A stretch of 33,933 nt of DNA, filler included, from an uncultured virus (IMG/VR IMGVR_UViG_3300010964_000005) (Duplodnaviria; Heunggongvirae; Uroviricota; Caudoviricetes). It is 2 parts of one record of this genome, joined end to end, with 100 filler letters (N's around TTAATTAATTAA, not from the genome) between each part and the next. Parts side by side here need not be neighbours in the genome. Positions count along the whole stretch, not along the records: positions 11,825 to 33,933 come from IMGVR_UViG_3300010964_000005; 1 more part is not named here. One strand, given 5' to 3'. A program made the translations under genes and the position numbers. How positions within the stretch are numbered: position 1 is the stretch's first letter; each line of letters opens with the position of its first letter. Under the pieces are notes generated by a model. The model did no database searches. It saw only the letters and a list, made by a program, of their open reading frames with translations, and had not been told where the DNA came from. Of this stretch, positions 15,821 through 24,553 are shown piece after piece.

Positions 15821-16432
15821 ATGGAAACAGAGGCGAAGAAGGGCGGGCGCAAGCTCGGTCGTCTGGGATGCGGTGTGGCGCTTGGCGTCATGGTGCTGAT
15901 CGGGGTGATCGGGGCGCTGGCGGACGGCGATGCGGGGGCGGGGAATAGCTCCGCCTCGTCGGGCACGACAGCTCCAGCGAAGGCCGATGCAACTGCCGAA
16001 GCGCGACAGGCCTTCGTCGCCAATTACAAGGCTGTCATCGCCGCCGCGAAGCCCTGCGATGCGATGATGGGCGGCATAGAGGAGGCCGCCAAGTCGGGAT
16101 CTCCGCTGACCCTTTATCAGGCCGCGAAGGCGGGCCAGGAAGCGTGCGAGGGCAGTTGGACAAAAATCAGAGCGATCGAACCGGCGGATCTGCCGGACGC
16201 TGCGGCGGATAAGGAGAAGGCCGCGCTAAAGACGTGCAGCGGCGCCTATTTCCTGCGCCAACGCGCCATGGAGACGGCGATGGAGATCGCGGACGGTGAT
16301 GCCAAGCCGTCGAAGCTGTCGACCTTTCAGGAGGATATGCGCGATGGCCAGGCCGCCGTCATGATGTGCGTGGCGCAGTATATCGAGGCGAGCGAACCGG
16401 CAGGCGTTAAGCTGGATCAGATGAAGATTTAA
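15821..16432 (+). CDS. Membrane-anchored exported helical protein (four periplasmic Cys)
   Basis: Basic N-terminus KKGGRKLGR, TM GCGVALGVMVLIGVIGAL, Ser/Ala/Thr linker, helical domain with 4 Cys; GGGGGTGGGG RBS-like sequence before ATG 15821. Confidence 0.75.
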   Translation: METEAKKGGRKLGRLGCGVALGVMVLIGVIGALADGDAGAGNSSASSGTTAPAKADATAEARQAFVANYKAVIAAAKPCDAMMGGIEEAAKSGSPLTLYQAAKAGQEACEGSWTKIRAIEPADLPDAAADKEKAALKTCSGAYFLRQRAMETAMEIADGDAKPSKLSTFQEDMRDGQAAVMMCVAQYIEASEPAGVKLDQMKI

Positions 16433-16472
16433 ACATCATGTGGTTTTCGATACTCACCGAAGGGCGCATATA

Positions 16473-16991
16473 ATGAGCGTCGGGCAATTGCTATCGGACC
16501 CTACAAGCTTTTGGTTGCTCAAAGCCGCTGACTTTTGGGTTGGGGCAGTTGGGTTCTTAATAACCGCCGTCACGTTTTTCCTTGGCTGGTATAAGCTAAC
16601 CAAAGTTCAATCTGAGGTTAAAGCGGTAAAGTCTCGGATTGCACATTATGACGCTATCTTCGAGTCGAACGGAATGGCCGCAAAATATCAAGAAATGATG
16701 GGTAAGCTAGATGAGGCTGATGTCGATTGGAAAATGATCGCGAGCATCATGACTTCGATTAAAATTGATAGTGTAGGCATAGAACTAACTCTCAAAGAGG
16801 CTGACAAAGTCGATCTTGGAGAGGAGGTTCGAAAAAATTCAATCAAGCTGGAAAAGATAATATCTGGTATCGAAAACTCGGTAACCGGAAATGGCGTTTT
16901 GCCTGATAAAGCGTATGTTCAAAAAACAATCCGGTCTGGACGCGAGATAGTCGGGAAATCTCTGCGCGTTTTCAAGGAGTTGGTTCAATGA
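16473..16991 (+). CDS. Hypothetical low-GC moron protein, N-terminal TM plus helical domain
   Basis: TM FWVGAVGFLITAVTFFLGWY; AT-rich codons; ATGA overlap with the next gene. Confidence 0.7.
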   Translation: MSVGQLLSDPTSFWLLKAADFWVGAVGFLITAVTFFLGWYKLTKVQSEVKAVKSRIAHYDAIFESNGMAAKYQEMMGKLDEADVDWKMIASIMTSIKIDSVGIELTLKEADKVDLGEEVRKNSIKLEKIISGIENSVTGNGVLPDKAYVQKTIRSGREIVGKSLRVFKELVQ

Positions 16992-17350
16992 GCGAAGAGC
17001 AATCAGGAAAAAATCGGCTTCTAGTCGCTAGGCTTTTTAAGAAGACCCAAGAAAAAAGCGTAGCTTGGTTGCTCAATGGGAACAGAGACCCCATGGCGGA
17101 GCTTGGCGCGTACAGAATAACTCTTGATACCTCTTTCAGTGGTAGCGGTATGGTCGAAAACCTGTACATATTTAGCTTGCAGGGGGAGTTGATTGAGCAT
17201 TTAACTGACGAGTCTTTGGATGAAGTTTCAACCGCACCCTTTGGGTACGAAAGCTATTATTCCCTAATGTCTAAACTACGTGAAATGGCTTTTCGTCAGG
17301 CGGTTGGTGCTGATACCGCCGTTGACGACATACTGGACTTCCTAAAATGA
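16988..17350 (+). CDS. Hypothetical low-GC moron protein (120 aa)
   Basis: AAGGAG RBS; ATGA overlap; ends ...AFRQAVGADTAVDDILDFLK. Confidence 0.75.
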   Translation: MSEEQSGKNRLLVARLFKKTQEKSVAWLLNGNRDPMAELGAYRITLDTSFSGSGMVENLYIFSLQGELIEHLTDESLDEVSTAPFGYESYYSLMSKLREMAFRQAVGADTAVDDILDFLK

Positions 17351-17416
17351 CAAGCCATGTAGCTATGTCGAATATCTCATCCGCCTCGATTGTGTCTCAC
17401 GTTTCCGGCTTTTTTT

Positions 17417-17785
17417 ATGACTGATGAAAGTTGGAAAGACGGCTCAGGTCAGTTTCATATTGACACGGCTCTCATCGAAAAGTGGTTTGAAATCCCTGCA
17501 GACCAGGCGGTTGAAATCGAGCTCCCTCGGGTTTCACTTGATATGCTTTATGTAGCTATCGAAAAGCCATATTTTGCCTTAGCCGCACTCGTAAGAGCTA
17601 TGAATGCGCAGAGGGCTGGGGATCAGCTAGAAATCGATGCGGCATTCGTTGATCTTCAAGCAGAGGTCAATAATGGCCTTAACAGTCTAAAACATTTTCA
17701 AACCATCATAATGGCAACTGCAACCAATACACCTCTTGATAATAACGGTCGGGTCATTGAGCGGGGTGATAGCAATGGAGAATGA
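17417..17785 (+). CDS. Hypothetical low-GC moron protein
   Basis: 122-aa open frame from ATG 17417; helical C-terminal half; overlaps the next gene. Confidence 0.6.
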   Translation: MTDESWKDGSGQFHIDTALIEKWFEIPADQAVEIELPRVSLDMLYVAIEKPYFALAALVRAMNAQRAGDQLEIDAAFVDLQAEVNNGLNSLKHFQTIIMATATNTPLDNNGRVIERGDSNGE

Positions 17786-18110
17786 AAATCGCCCATCCTA
17801 TGACAGCGTAGTGCGGTTTGATTTCCAAGCTCGGTCTCGCGTTGTGGACCAACAGACTGATCAACCGCCCTTGAAAGGGGGCGGCGGGGATGGCACATTC
17901 GATGCCATGCAGGAACGCGTTACCCGTCTGGAAAAACACGTCGACCAGCTTGTTAAGGACGTAGGCGAGGTTCGTATCGATCTTGCGACGATCAAAGAGA
18001 ATGTCCGCCATCTTCCCGGTAAAACGTGGATGTTCACGACATTGGCGGCCATGCTGACCGCCCTTGCCGCGATCGTGACGGTGATAACACGGCTGGTGCC
18101 AGGCCACTGA
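17775..18110 (+). CDS. Coiled-coil protein with C-terminal TM helix (moron)
   Basis: PPLKGGGGDGTFDAMQERVTRLE coiled coil...LPGKTWMFTTLAAMLTALAAIVTVI. Start is 17775 or the internal MQERV. Confidence 0.7.
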   Translation: MENENRPSYDSVVRFDFQARSRVVDQQTDQPPLKGGGGDGTFDAMQERVTRLEKHVDQLVKDVGEVRIDLATIKENVRHLPGKTWMFTTLAAMLTALAAIVTVITRLVPGH

Positions 18111-18119
18111 GCCCAGATA

Positions 18120-19148
18120 TCATCCTTGTTCTAATTTAACTTGCGTTCGGAAGCCGCCATCACCCAAGCTGTGTGACACTTCGGTCACAAGCCAATCCAC
18201 CGCATCGATCTGGGTCTTGAAGCCACTGACCTTGGCCTTCTGCTCCGGCCCCAGATCGGCGCGACCCAGCGCCAGGTTGATGGAGAAGCTGACCGGTTCG
18301 CGCGCGGCGCGGCCCTGGGCCGCCTTGGCGGCCTGTTGTGCGGCCTCCTCGGTCGCATAGACGCGGGACAGGCGGCGGGCGCCGTCCTTCTTGCCGCTGA
18401 CGAAGGTCTCGCGCTTGCCGGTCGCGCGGTTGTGCCAGGTGGCCTGGACCCCCTCGGCATCGTCGCGCTTCTGGCGGCTGAACTGGTGGGCATCGCCGGA
18501 GGCTTTGACGATGGTGATCGAGGGCAGGGTCTTGCCCGAGGGGGACAGGCCATCGCCGACCGGCTTGAAGATCAGCGCGCCGGCCTTCACGGTCGCGACC
18601 GCGTCATATTCGCGCCCCAGGCGGCGTAGGAAGGCCAGATCGCTTTCCCGGCTTTGTGCCTTGGCCTGGACCGCGATCGACGCCAGAACGGCCGCGCAGC
18701 GGGCCTGATAGCCGTGGCGCTGTGCGATCTCGGTAATGATCGCGCCGATGGTGGTGGCATTGTGTCCCTTTTCCCGCCGTTGTTTCAGGCCGGCGGTGAA
18801 GTCCGCGGCCTTGGCGCGGATGGTCAGCGCGGGGGGCGATCCGCCATGGTCGATCGTCTCGACGTGAAACTCCCCCTTGTCGACCAGGCCGGGGGTGACG
18901 CCGGTTCCCTGACGCCAGCCGAGCGAGACGCGGATCTTGGCGCCGGTCGGGGGCAGGTCGAGCGCATCGTCGCTATCGTCGAGGACCAGGTCGAAGGTGT
19001 CGGCTTCCTCGCCTCGCTTTTCGGAGATCCCCATGGAGATCAGGCGGGGGCGGGTGCGACCACCGGGCAACGCGACGCGGCCGCGCAGGATCTGGGTAAT
19101 GTCGCGGCCGTCGACGGTGACGCGGAAATCGGGGATGGGCTGGATCAT
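18120..19148 (-). CDS. P2 gpD-like late control/baseplate hub protein
   Basis: PDFRVTVDGRDIT, EADTFDLVLDDSD, LVDKGEF, QSRESDLAFLRRLG, VKAGALIF, WLVTEVSHSL. Confidence 0.9.
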   Translation of the reverse strand: MIQPIPDFRVTVDGRDITQILRGRVALPGGRTRPRLISMGISEKRGEEADTFDLVLDDSDDALDLPPTGAKIRVSLGWRQGTGVTPGLVDKGEFHVETIDHGGSPPALTIRAKAADFTAGLKQRREKGHNATTIGAIITEIAQRHGYQARCAAVLASIAVQAKAQSRESDLAFLRRLGREYDAVATVKAGALIFKPVGDGLSPSGKTLPSITIVKASGDAHQFSRQKRDDAEGVQATWHNRATGKRETFVSGKKDGARRLSRVYATEEAAQQAAKAAQGRAAREPVSFSINLALGRADLGPEQKAKVSGFKTQIDAVDWLVTEVSHSLGDGGFRTQVKLEQG

Positions 19149-19531
19149 GCGGCGTCCTGGTCGACGCGGAGCAGCTCGATCGCGAAGTCGATCTGGCGCG
19201 GGGTGCCATCTGGCCAGAAATGCTTGAGCGTCTCGGTCAGGCCGGTGATGACGAAGGCGCCGTAGACATAGCCGCGCCCGTCGACCAGCGGCCATGCGTC
19301 GCCGGTGCCCGCCATGCGGCGAATCTCGTTGAGCGAGATCTCGCCATCGGCGATCTCGGTAAAGACCGCACCGGGAAGGGAGATGGTTTCGTCACCGGGG
19401 CCGGTGAACTGGCTGGCGTCGCGCGCGCCGATGCGGGTGGCGGTTGCGTGGCGCCAGCTCGACTTCCGCTGGATCTCATCGAACGCCAGCGTATCGATGC
19501 CGAAGGCGAAGAGCCCGAGGGATAGCAGCAT
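19145..19531 (-). CDS. P2 gpU-like tail protein
   Basis: MLLSLGLFAF, WRHATATRIGARDASQFTGPGDETISLPG, DGTPRQIDFAIEL. Confidence 0.9.
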   Translation of the reverse strand: MLLSLGLFAFGIDTLAFDEIQRKSSWRHATATRIGARDASQFTGPGDETISLPGAVFTEIADGEISLNEIRRMAGTGDAWPLVDGRGYVYGAFVITGLTETLKHFWPDGTPRQIDFAIELLRVDQDAA

Positions 19532-19537
19532 CGGCGG

Positions 19538-21949
19538 TTACTCCCAATCGGGCCGGTCGCCGAAGCTGGGGGAGCCGGCGCCAGGCGCGGCGATCCCCAG
19601 CTCGCGTAGCTTGCGCGCCACCATTTCGGCGATGGCTTCCTCGCTTTGACCAGGCGCAGCGTTGATCACGAAGGTGATGGGTGGCAGGCCGGCCGCGATC
19701 GGCGTGGCGCCGCGACCACCGGCGCCGCCAGTTCCGGGCGCGGCCATGGCCATCGCCGGCAGGGCGGAGCCGGTGACGATCGCGGCGGACAAGCGGCGGG
19801 ACAGGCTGTCCATGCGCTTGACCGGCTCCGATTCCTGCGCGGCGATGCCGGCGGACAGGCCGCCAACGATATGGCCGCCGATCGCCGCGAAGACGCGGCT
19901 TGGCGAATGGATGTCGAGTTTCTTGCGGGTGGCGGCCGGCATCATGACGGCGACGGCGTTGACGACGCCGCGCAGGCCGGGGACGCTGGACAGGATGCCG
20001 TTGACCAGGCCGGCGATCATCTGGCGCCCGATGGTCGAGAAGCGATCGGGCAGGGTGGCAAACCAGTTGATCGCGGACAAAGCGTGCCCCTTGATCGCAG
20101 TCCACTGCGCACCGAACCAGCCGGAGATGGCGCCCCATTTCGCATAGATGAGATAGGCCGCCGCGCCGAGCGCGACGATCCCGCCCACCACCAGGGCGGC
20201 TATCCCGACCACCGGCCACAGGCCGATGCCGAGGGCCCCGGCCGCGAAGCTGAGCGCGGCAAAGGGGGCGATGAGACCCGCGACGACGATGGCGCCGCCC
20301 CCGAGGATCAGGAACAGGGTGGCGAAGGTCGCGGCGCCGAGGGCGATAGCCCTGGTCAGGGTGGGATGGCGGCGGGCGGCGTCGCCGATCCAGGTGGCGA
20401 AATTGTTGAGCGTGGCCAGGCCGGAATTGACCGTGGGTAGAAGCTGAGACCCCAGCGTGATCGCCAGGGTGGCGGCGTTCGTCTTGAGCGCATTACTCTG
20501 TGCCGCCGAGTCCTTCATCCGCTCGGCAAAGTCGCGATCGGTGGTCCCGTCCGACTTCATCGCGTCGCTGCGGATCTTGCGGAACAGCGCCATGTTCTGG
20601 ATCAGCGGGCGCAGGCCCTGCTGGACCTGGCTATCCTCGAACAGATAGCCGAGCTTCGACAGGTCGCCTTTCAGCGTCTTGTTGGTGATCTCGGCGATGG
20701 CCTCCAGTGGCGTCTTGCCCTCCTGGTAGGCCTTCTTCAGGGCATTGGGCAGGTTGACGCCCATCTTTTCGAACGCCTTGTTGGTCGCCGGCGATGCGAT
20801 CTTTTGCAGGACATTGGCCAGGTTGGTCCCGGCGCTGGCGCTATCCCCGGCGCCCTTGCGCGCGATCTGGAGCCCGGCCGCGAGATCCGCGACGGCGCCG
20901 GCGCCCTTTTGACCCAGCGCCTGGTAGGAGGCGGTCAGCGAGGGAAAGACGCCCGCCATGTCCTTGATTTCGAATGCGCCCGCCTTTCCGGCCGCCGCCA
21001 TGATGTCGATCACGCGCTGGGTCTGCGCGATCGGGACCTTGAGGTTGTCGGTCGCGGCAAAGCTGGCGTTCGACAGATCCGCGATCTCCGCTTTGTACGC
21101 GGTCGCGGCGCGGCCGATCGGCGTCATCATCGCCACCGCGTCGGGGACGCTGGCGCCCATGCCCGCCAGCGCGTCGACGCCGGCCTGCATGTCGGCGGGC
21201 ATCTGGTTGGCGGCGCGGGCGGCGATCAACAGGCCCTTGCCGAGCGCCTCGGTCTTAGGCCGGGACAGATCCGCCTTCTGACCGATATCGGTCATGGTCG
21301 ATTCGTAGTCCTGCGCGGCCCTCACGCCGGCGATGATCGGCGCGGCCATCGCCATCCCGGTGCCGATCGAGGCGGCACCGCCCGCCGCCAGGCCGGTGGC
21401 CATGCCCTGCGCCCGCGAAAAGCGGGCGCGGCCGGCGGCCATGCGGCGTTCGCGGTCCGCAGTGCGCGCCAGGCGGCGTTCCTGGTCGTTCAGTTCCTGG
21501 TTGGTCCCCTCGACCTGGCGGCGCAGTTCGCGTTCGTGGCGGGCCAGATCGGTGGTCGCGATCCCGGCATCGCGCAGGCGGGTGCGCAGGTCGCCGAGCT
21601 GGCGCGTCTCCTGCGCATGCTGGCGTTCCAGCCGCTCTGCCTCCTGCTTCGCGCGCTGGAAATCGCGGGTCATGGCGCGGGTCGGGTTCTGGGTCTGCCC
21701 CATGGCGCGACCCAGCTCGGTCACGCGCTGGCGCGCGGTCTGCAACTCCGCCTCGGTCGAGCGCAGGCCGATCTTCAGCGCGCGGAAGCCTGCGATATCG
21801 CCCTGGGCGCGTTGCAGCTCCGCCAGCCGATCGCGGGTGGTCTTCAATGCGCGCGACGCCGCGCTCGACCCGCCGGCGATATCGCGCAGCGGGCGGGTGG
21901 CGCGGTCGCCGGCCTCGATCAACAGGCGGAGGCGGAGGTTACGATCCAT
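19538..21949 (-). CDS. Tail tape measure protein (P2 gpT-like)
   Basis: 803 aa, Ala-rich; MDRNLRLRL...DRATRPL start, coiled coil, TP901-like core, TM segments, LDIHSPSRVF. Confidence 0.92.
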   Translation of the reverse strand: MDRNLRLRLLIEAGDRATRPLRDIAGGSSAASRALKTTRDRLAELQRAQGDIAGFRALKIGLRSTEAELQTARQRVTELGRAMGQTQNPTRAMTRDFQRAKQEAERLERQHAQETRQLGDLRTRLRDAGIATTDLARHERELRRQVEGTNQELNDQERRLARTADRERRMAAGRARFSRAQGMATGLAAGGAASIGTGMAMAAPIIAGVRAAQDYESTMTDIGQKADLSRPKTEALGKGLLIAARAANQMPADMQAGVDALAGMGASVPDAVAMMTPIGRAATAYKAEIADLSNASFAATDNLKVPIAQTQRVIDIMAAAGKAGAFEIKDMAGVFPSLTASYQALGQKGAGAVADLAAGLQIARKGAGDSASAGTNLANVLQKIASPATNKAFEKMGVNLPNALKKAYQEGKTPLEAIAEITNKTLKGDLSKLGYLFEDSQVQQGLRPLIQNMALFRKIRSDAMKSDGTTDRDFAERMKDSAAQSNALKTNAATLAITLGSQLLPTVNSGLATLNNFATWIGDAARRHPTLTRAIALGAATFATLFLILGGGAIVVAGLIAPFAALSFAAGALGIGLWPVVGIAALVVGGIVALGAAAYLIYAKWGAISGWFGAQWTAIKGHALSAINWFATLPDRFSTIGRQMIAGLVNGILSSVPGLRGVVNAVAVMMPAATRKKLDIHSPSRVFAAIGGHIVGGLSAGIAAQESEPVKRMDSLSRRLSAAIVTGSALPAMAMAAPGTGGAGGRGATPIAAGLPPITFVINAAPGQSEEAIAEMVARKLRELGIAAPGAGSPSFGDRPDWE

Positions 21950-22064
21950 GACGTTCCGGGTCGTGACGGCGGGCGGCCTCGCCACGCCAGATCATCAGGT
22001 CCGCCACCGACATCCGTTCGAGCTTGTCGAGCGTCCAGCCGAAGACGAAAGCGATATCGCCCAT
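21939..22064 (-). CDS. GpE' tail chaperone extension (P2 GpE family), reached by -1 frameshift
   Basis: Manual translation MGDIAFVFGWTLDKLERMSVADLMIWRGEAARRHDPERHGS; the -1 frame is open from the slippery site at 22115-22123. Confidence 0.85.
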   Translation of the reverse strand: MGDIAFVFGWTLDKLERMSVADLMIWRGEAARRHDPERHGS

Positions 22065-22072
22065 GGGGTCTT

Positions 22073-22393
22073 CTACCCGCGCTGGAAGAGCGCCTCCCGT
22101 GCTGCACTCGTCAGCAAAAAATTGGCGATCTCCCCGGCGATCTGGGTCACATCGGCGGGATCGAGCGCAGCAAAGATATGCGGGACAAGCGGCGGGGTGG
22201 TGATGCGCGGCGCGACCATCGCGATCTGGTCATATTCCATACGAACCAGGCCGCCGAGATTGGCTCCTCGCAATGCCCCGCCACGCGGGCGGCGCAGCGT
22301 GATAACGGTGCCCTTTGGCAAGAGGACTTGACCGTCCTCGGTCGCGGCGTCTTCCTCAAGCGTGATGGTTTCGGTGTTCTTCGCTTCGGTCAT
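22073..22393 (-). CDS. Tail assembly chaperone (P2 gpE-like)
   Basis: ITLRRPRGGALRG, PRITTP, LDPAD, IANFL; located between the tube and tape measure genes. Confidence 0.88.
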   Translation of the reverse strand: MTEAKNTETITLEEDAATEDGQVLLPKGTVITLRRPRGGALRGANLGGLVRMEYDQIAMVAPRITTPPLVPHIFAALDPADVTQIAGEIANFLLTSAAREALFQRG

Positions 22394-22413
22394 GAGATGG
22401 GTCCGGTTGCTAT

Positions 22414-22441
22414 GGGGCCGGCCGCTGGCGTTGCCGGCCCC
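22414..22441 (-). terminator. GC hairpin after the tail tube gene (possible attenuator or mRNA stabiliser)
   Basis: GGGGCCGGC-N10-GCCGGCCCC; no U tract. Confidence 0.35.
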
Positions 22442-22458
22442 GGAAGGCGATCGTCAGA

Positions 22459-22974
22459 TCAGGAAAGGCCCAGGGCGTCGCGATGGCCGGCCATCAGGTC
22501 GACGCCGCCCACGATCTCGACCATCCCGAGGATGTCGATCTCGACATCGGTGACGCCGTCCCACTCCTCCTTGTAGTAGACGCAGTCGGAGATGACCTTG
22601 AAGCTGCCGCTTTCACCCGGCTTCTGCTCGCCACGGTCGATCTCGCGATGCCGGCCGCGCAGCGTGATCTCGCAACTATGGATCTGACCGGTGCTGTCGT
22701 CCTGATAGGAGCCGGCAAAGCGGATCTGGACGCCGCTCATGCTCGGCAGGCCATATTGGCGGATGATTTCACGGATCGGACCGCCATAGCTGTGCTCGAC
22801 CGTCAGATCGTCACCGCCACCCAGATCGATCGGAGCCGGGCGATTGAGCGCCCCGCCGCGCCACTTTTCGAGCTTACGCTCCAGCTTGGGCAGGGTCACG
22901 CTTTCGGTATCGGCGGCATAACCAACGCCGTCGATGAACATCATCATCTGTTTCAGTTTGCGGGGGAAAGACAT
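22459..22974 (-). CDS. Major tail tube protein (P2 gpFII-like)
   Basis: MSFPRKLK, VTLPKLERKLEKWRGG, RFAGSYQDD, EIDILGMVEIVGGVD. Confidence 0.92.
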   Translation of the reverse strand: MSFPRKLKQMMMFIDGVGYAADTESVTLPKLERKLEKWRGGALNRPAPIDLGGGDDLTVEHSYGGPIREIIRQYGLPSMSGVQIRFAGSYQDDSTGQIHSCEITLRGRHREIDRGEQKPGESGSFKVISDCVYYKEEWDGVTDVEIDILGMVEIVGGVDLMAGHRDALGLS

Positions 22975-23006
22975 GGGCTATCCTTCAAGGGACCGTGGGG
23001 ATGCGA

Positions 23007-24179
23007 TCAGGCCGCGACCGAGAGGGCCGCGAAGTCGAGCAGGAATTCGTCGGTGATCTCCTGCTCGATCCCGAGATTTTCGAGCGGCGGGACGGGGGTG
23101 TAGCGGAAGCCGATCAGCAGCTTGCCGGCCTTCAGGTTTGCCGCCGGGTTCTTGGCGGGATCGAAGCTGGCGACCGCGCCAAGGATCCGTCCGGCGCGCT
23201 TCTCCGCGCGGAACAGTTCGTTGATCTGCTCGACAATGTCCTTCACCAGGCTCGGTAGGAGCGGCTTGTCGAGCGCCCATACCAGGCCGGTCGCGATGCT
23301 GTCCGCCAGGATCTGTGCGGTGCGGACCGCGCTCTCGAAGGCGAAGTCGCTATCCGTCACCGCGCAGGTGCGGTTGCCCCAGAAGCGCAGGGCGCCACCG
23401 ATGCGCACCACCGTGACCAGCTCGGAGGCGTTGAGGACGTTGGCGTCGCAGGTTTCGTCCTGGAGGTCGAAGGTCACATCGTCGGTCAGGCCGTCGAGAT
23501 CGTTGAGCGCGACATTGGACAGGGTCTTGTGCCAGCCCTGCGCGGCATCGATGGCGGCGCGGGCCCCCATGGCAACGGCCGCGACCGGGACGGCGATCGA
23601 GGCGCCGGCCGCGCCGTAAGGGGCGGTGACGCCAGGCCACAACAGGGTCAGCTCGCGCGCATCGGGGAACAGCGCCCGGTGGGCGATGGCGGCGCCACGA
23701 TCGAGGCCAAGCGCCTTGGCATAGACGCGGGCGCGCAGCTTCTTGGCGACCGCGATCAGGGCGGTGGTCACCGCCTGCGATTCGAGGCCGGGGGCGCCGA
23801 GAATGCGCGGCTGGACGTTGAGCTGCGCCGGTGCGGTCAATAGCGCCTGCATCCCGCTCTTCACGCCGGCGACATCGGCGCCGATGATCGCGGCGGTGGT
23901 GGCGGCGGCATCGGCACCAGGCGCGACGCGCACGACGACGACGGTCGTGTCCGCCTGCCCGGCGATGGCGCGCAGCGCGGCCTGGAGCGTGCCGGTCGCG
24001 CCGGCCTTTGCCATCGCGTCCTGAAGGTTGGTCACCTTGACCACGGTGTCGAGCGGGAAGGCAGTGGCATCGGCGGCCGGCGCGGTCGCGACCAGGCCGA
24101 TGACGGCGGTCGAGACGGTGGCGATCCCGCGCGCCTGGCGCGTCACCTCGCGAACGTTGATGCCGTGGAGAAAGCTCAT
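23007..24179 (-). CDS. Tail sheath protein (P2 gpFI-like)
   Basis: FLHGINVRE, STAVIGLVATA, PRILGAPG, GWHKTLSNV, RFWGNRTC, FESAVRT, YTPVPPLENL. Confidence 0.93.
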   Translation of the reverse strand: MSFLHGINVREVTRQARGIATVSTAVIGLVATAPAADATAFPLDTVVKVTNLQDAMAKAGATGTLQAALRAIAGQADTTVVVVRVAPGADAAATTAAIIGADVAGVKSGMQALLTAPAQLNVQPRILGAPGLESQAVTTALIAVAKKLRARVYAKALGLDRGAAIAHRALFPDARELTLLWPGVTAPYGAAGASIAVPVAAVAMGARAAIDAAQGWHKTLSNVALNDLDGLTDDVTFDLQDETCDANVLNASELVTVVRIGGALRFWGNRTCAVTDSDFAFESAVRTAQILADSIATGLVWALDKPLLPSLVKDIVEQINELFRAEKRAGRILGAVASFDPAKNPAANLKAGKLLIGFRYTPVPPLENLGIEQEITDEFLLDFAALSVAA

Positions 24180-24553
24180 GAGGGGGCCCTTTGCGAAAGC
24201 GCGGACAGCGCGCGGATGGTCGAGATGACAGAGAAGCCGGGGCGGCCGGGCACATCGGTGCGGGTGCCGGTGATGGTCAGCACCGCCGAATGGGCGGAGG
24301 CGCCCGGCGACAGGGTGATGCGACGCACGCGGGCGCGCCCCTCCTGGCGCATCAGCGCCAGCGCAGCGGCGGCTATGACGCGCAATCGCCCCAGATCGTT
24401 GTTCGGCTGGTCGAGCTGCTCGGGGACCAGACTGCCATAGTCGCGCCGGCCGATGCGGGTGCCGAGGGGCGTCGACAGGATATCGTCGATCGACTGGAGC
24501 AGATGATCGGCGCCGGCGATCGGGCGGCCGGTGTGGCGATCCATGCCGTTCAC
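24176..24553 (-). CDS. Baseplate wedge protein (P2 gpW/gp25-like)
   Basis: GMDRHTG, HLLQSIDDILSTPLGTRIGRRDYGS. Confidence 0.9.
   Translation of the reverse strand: MNGMDRHTGRPIAGADHLLQSIDDILSTPLGTRIGRRDYGSLVPEQLDQPNNDLGRLRVIAAAALALMRQEGRARVRRITLSPGASAHSAVLTITGTRTDVPGRPGFSVISTIRALSALSQRAPS

Noticed and set aside
16469..16474. TATAAT as the -10 element of the moron
   Set aside because: It overlaps the ATG of the first moron gene, so it would start transcription downstream of that codon; no convincing -35.
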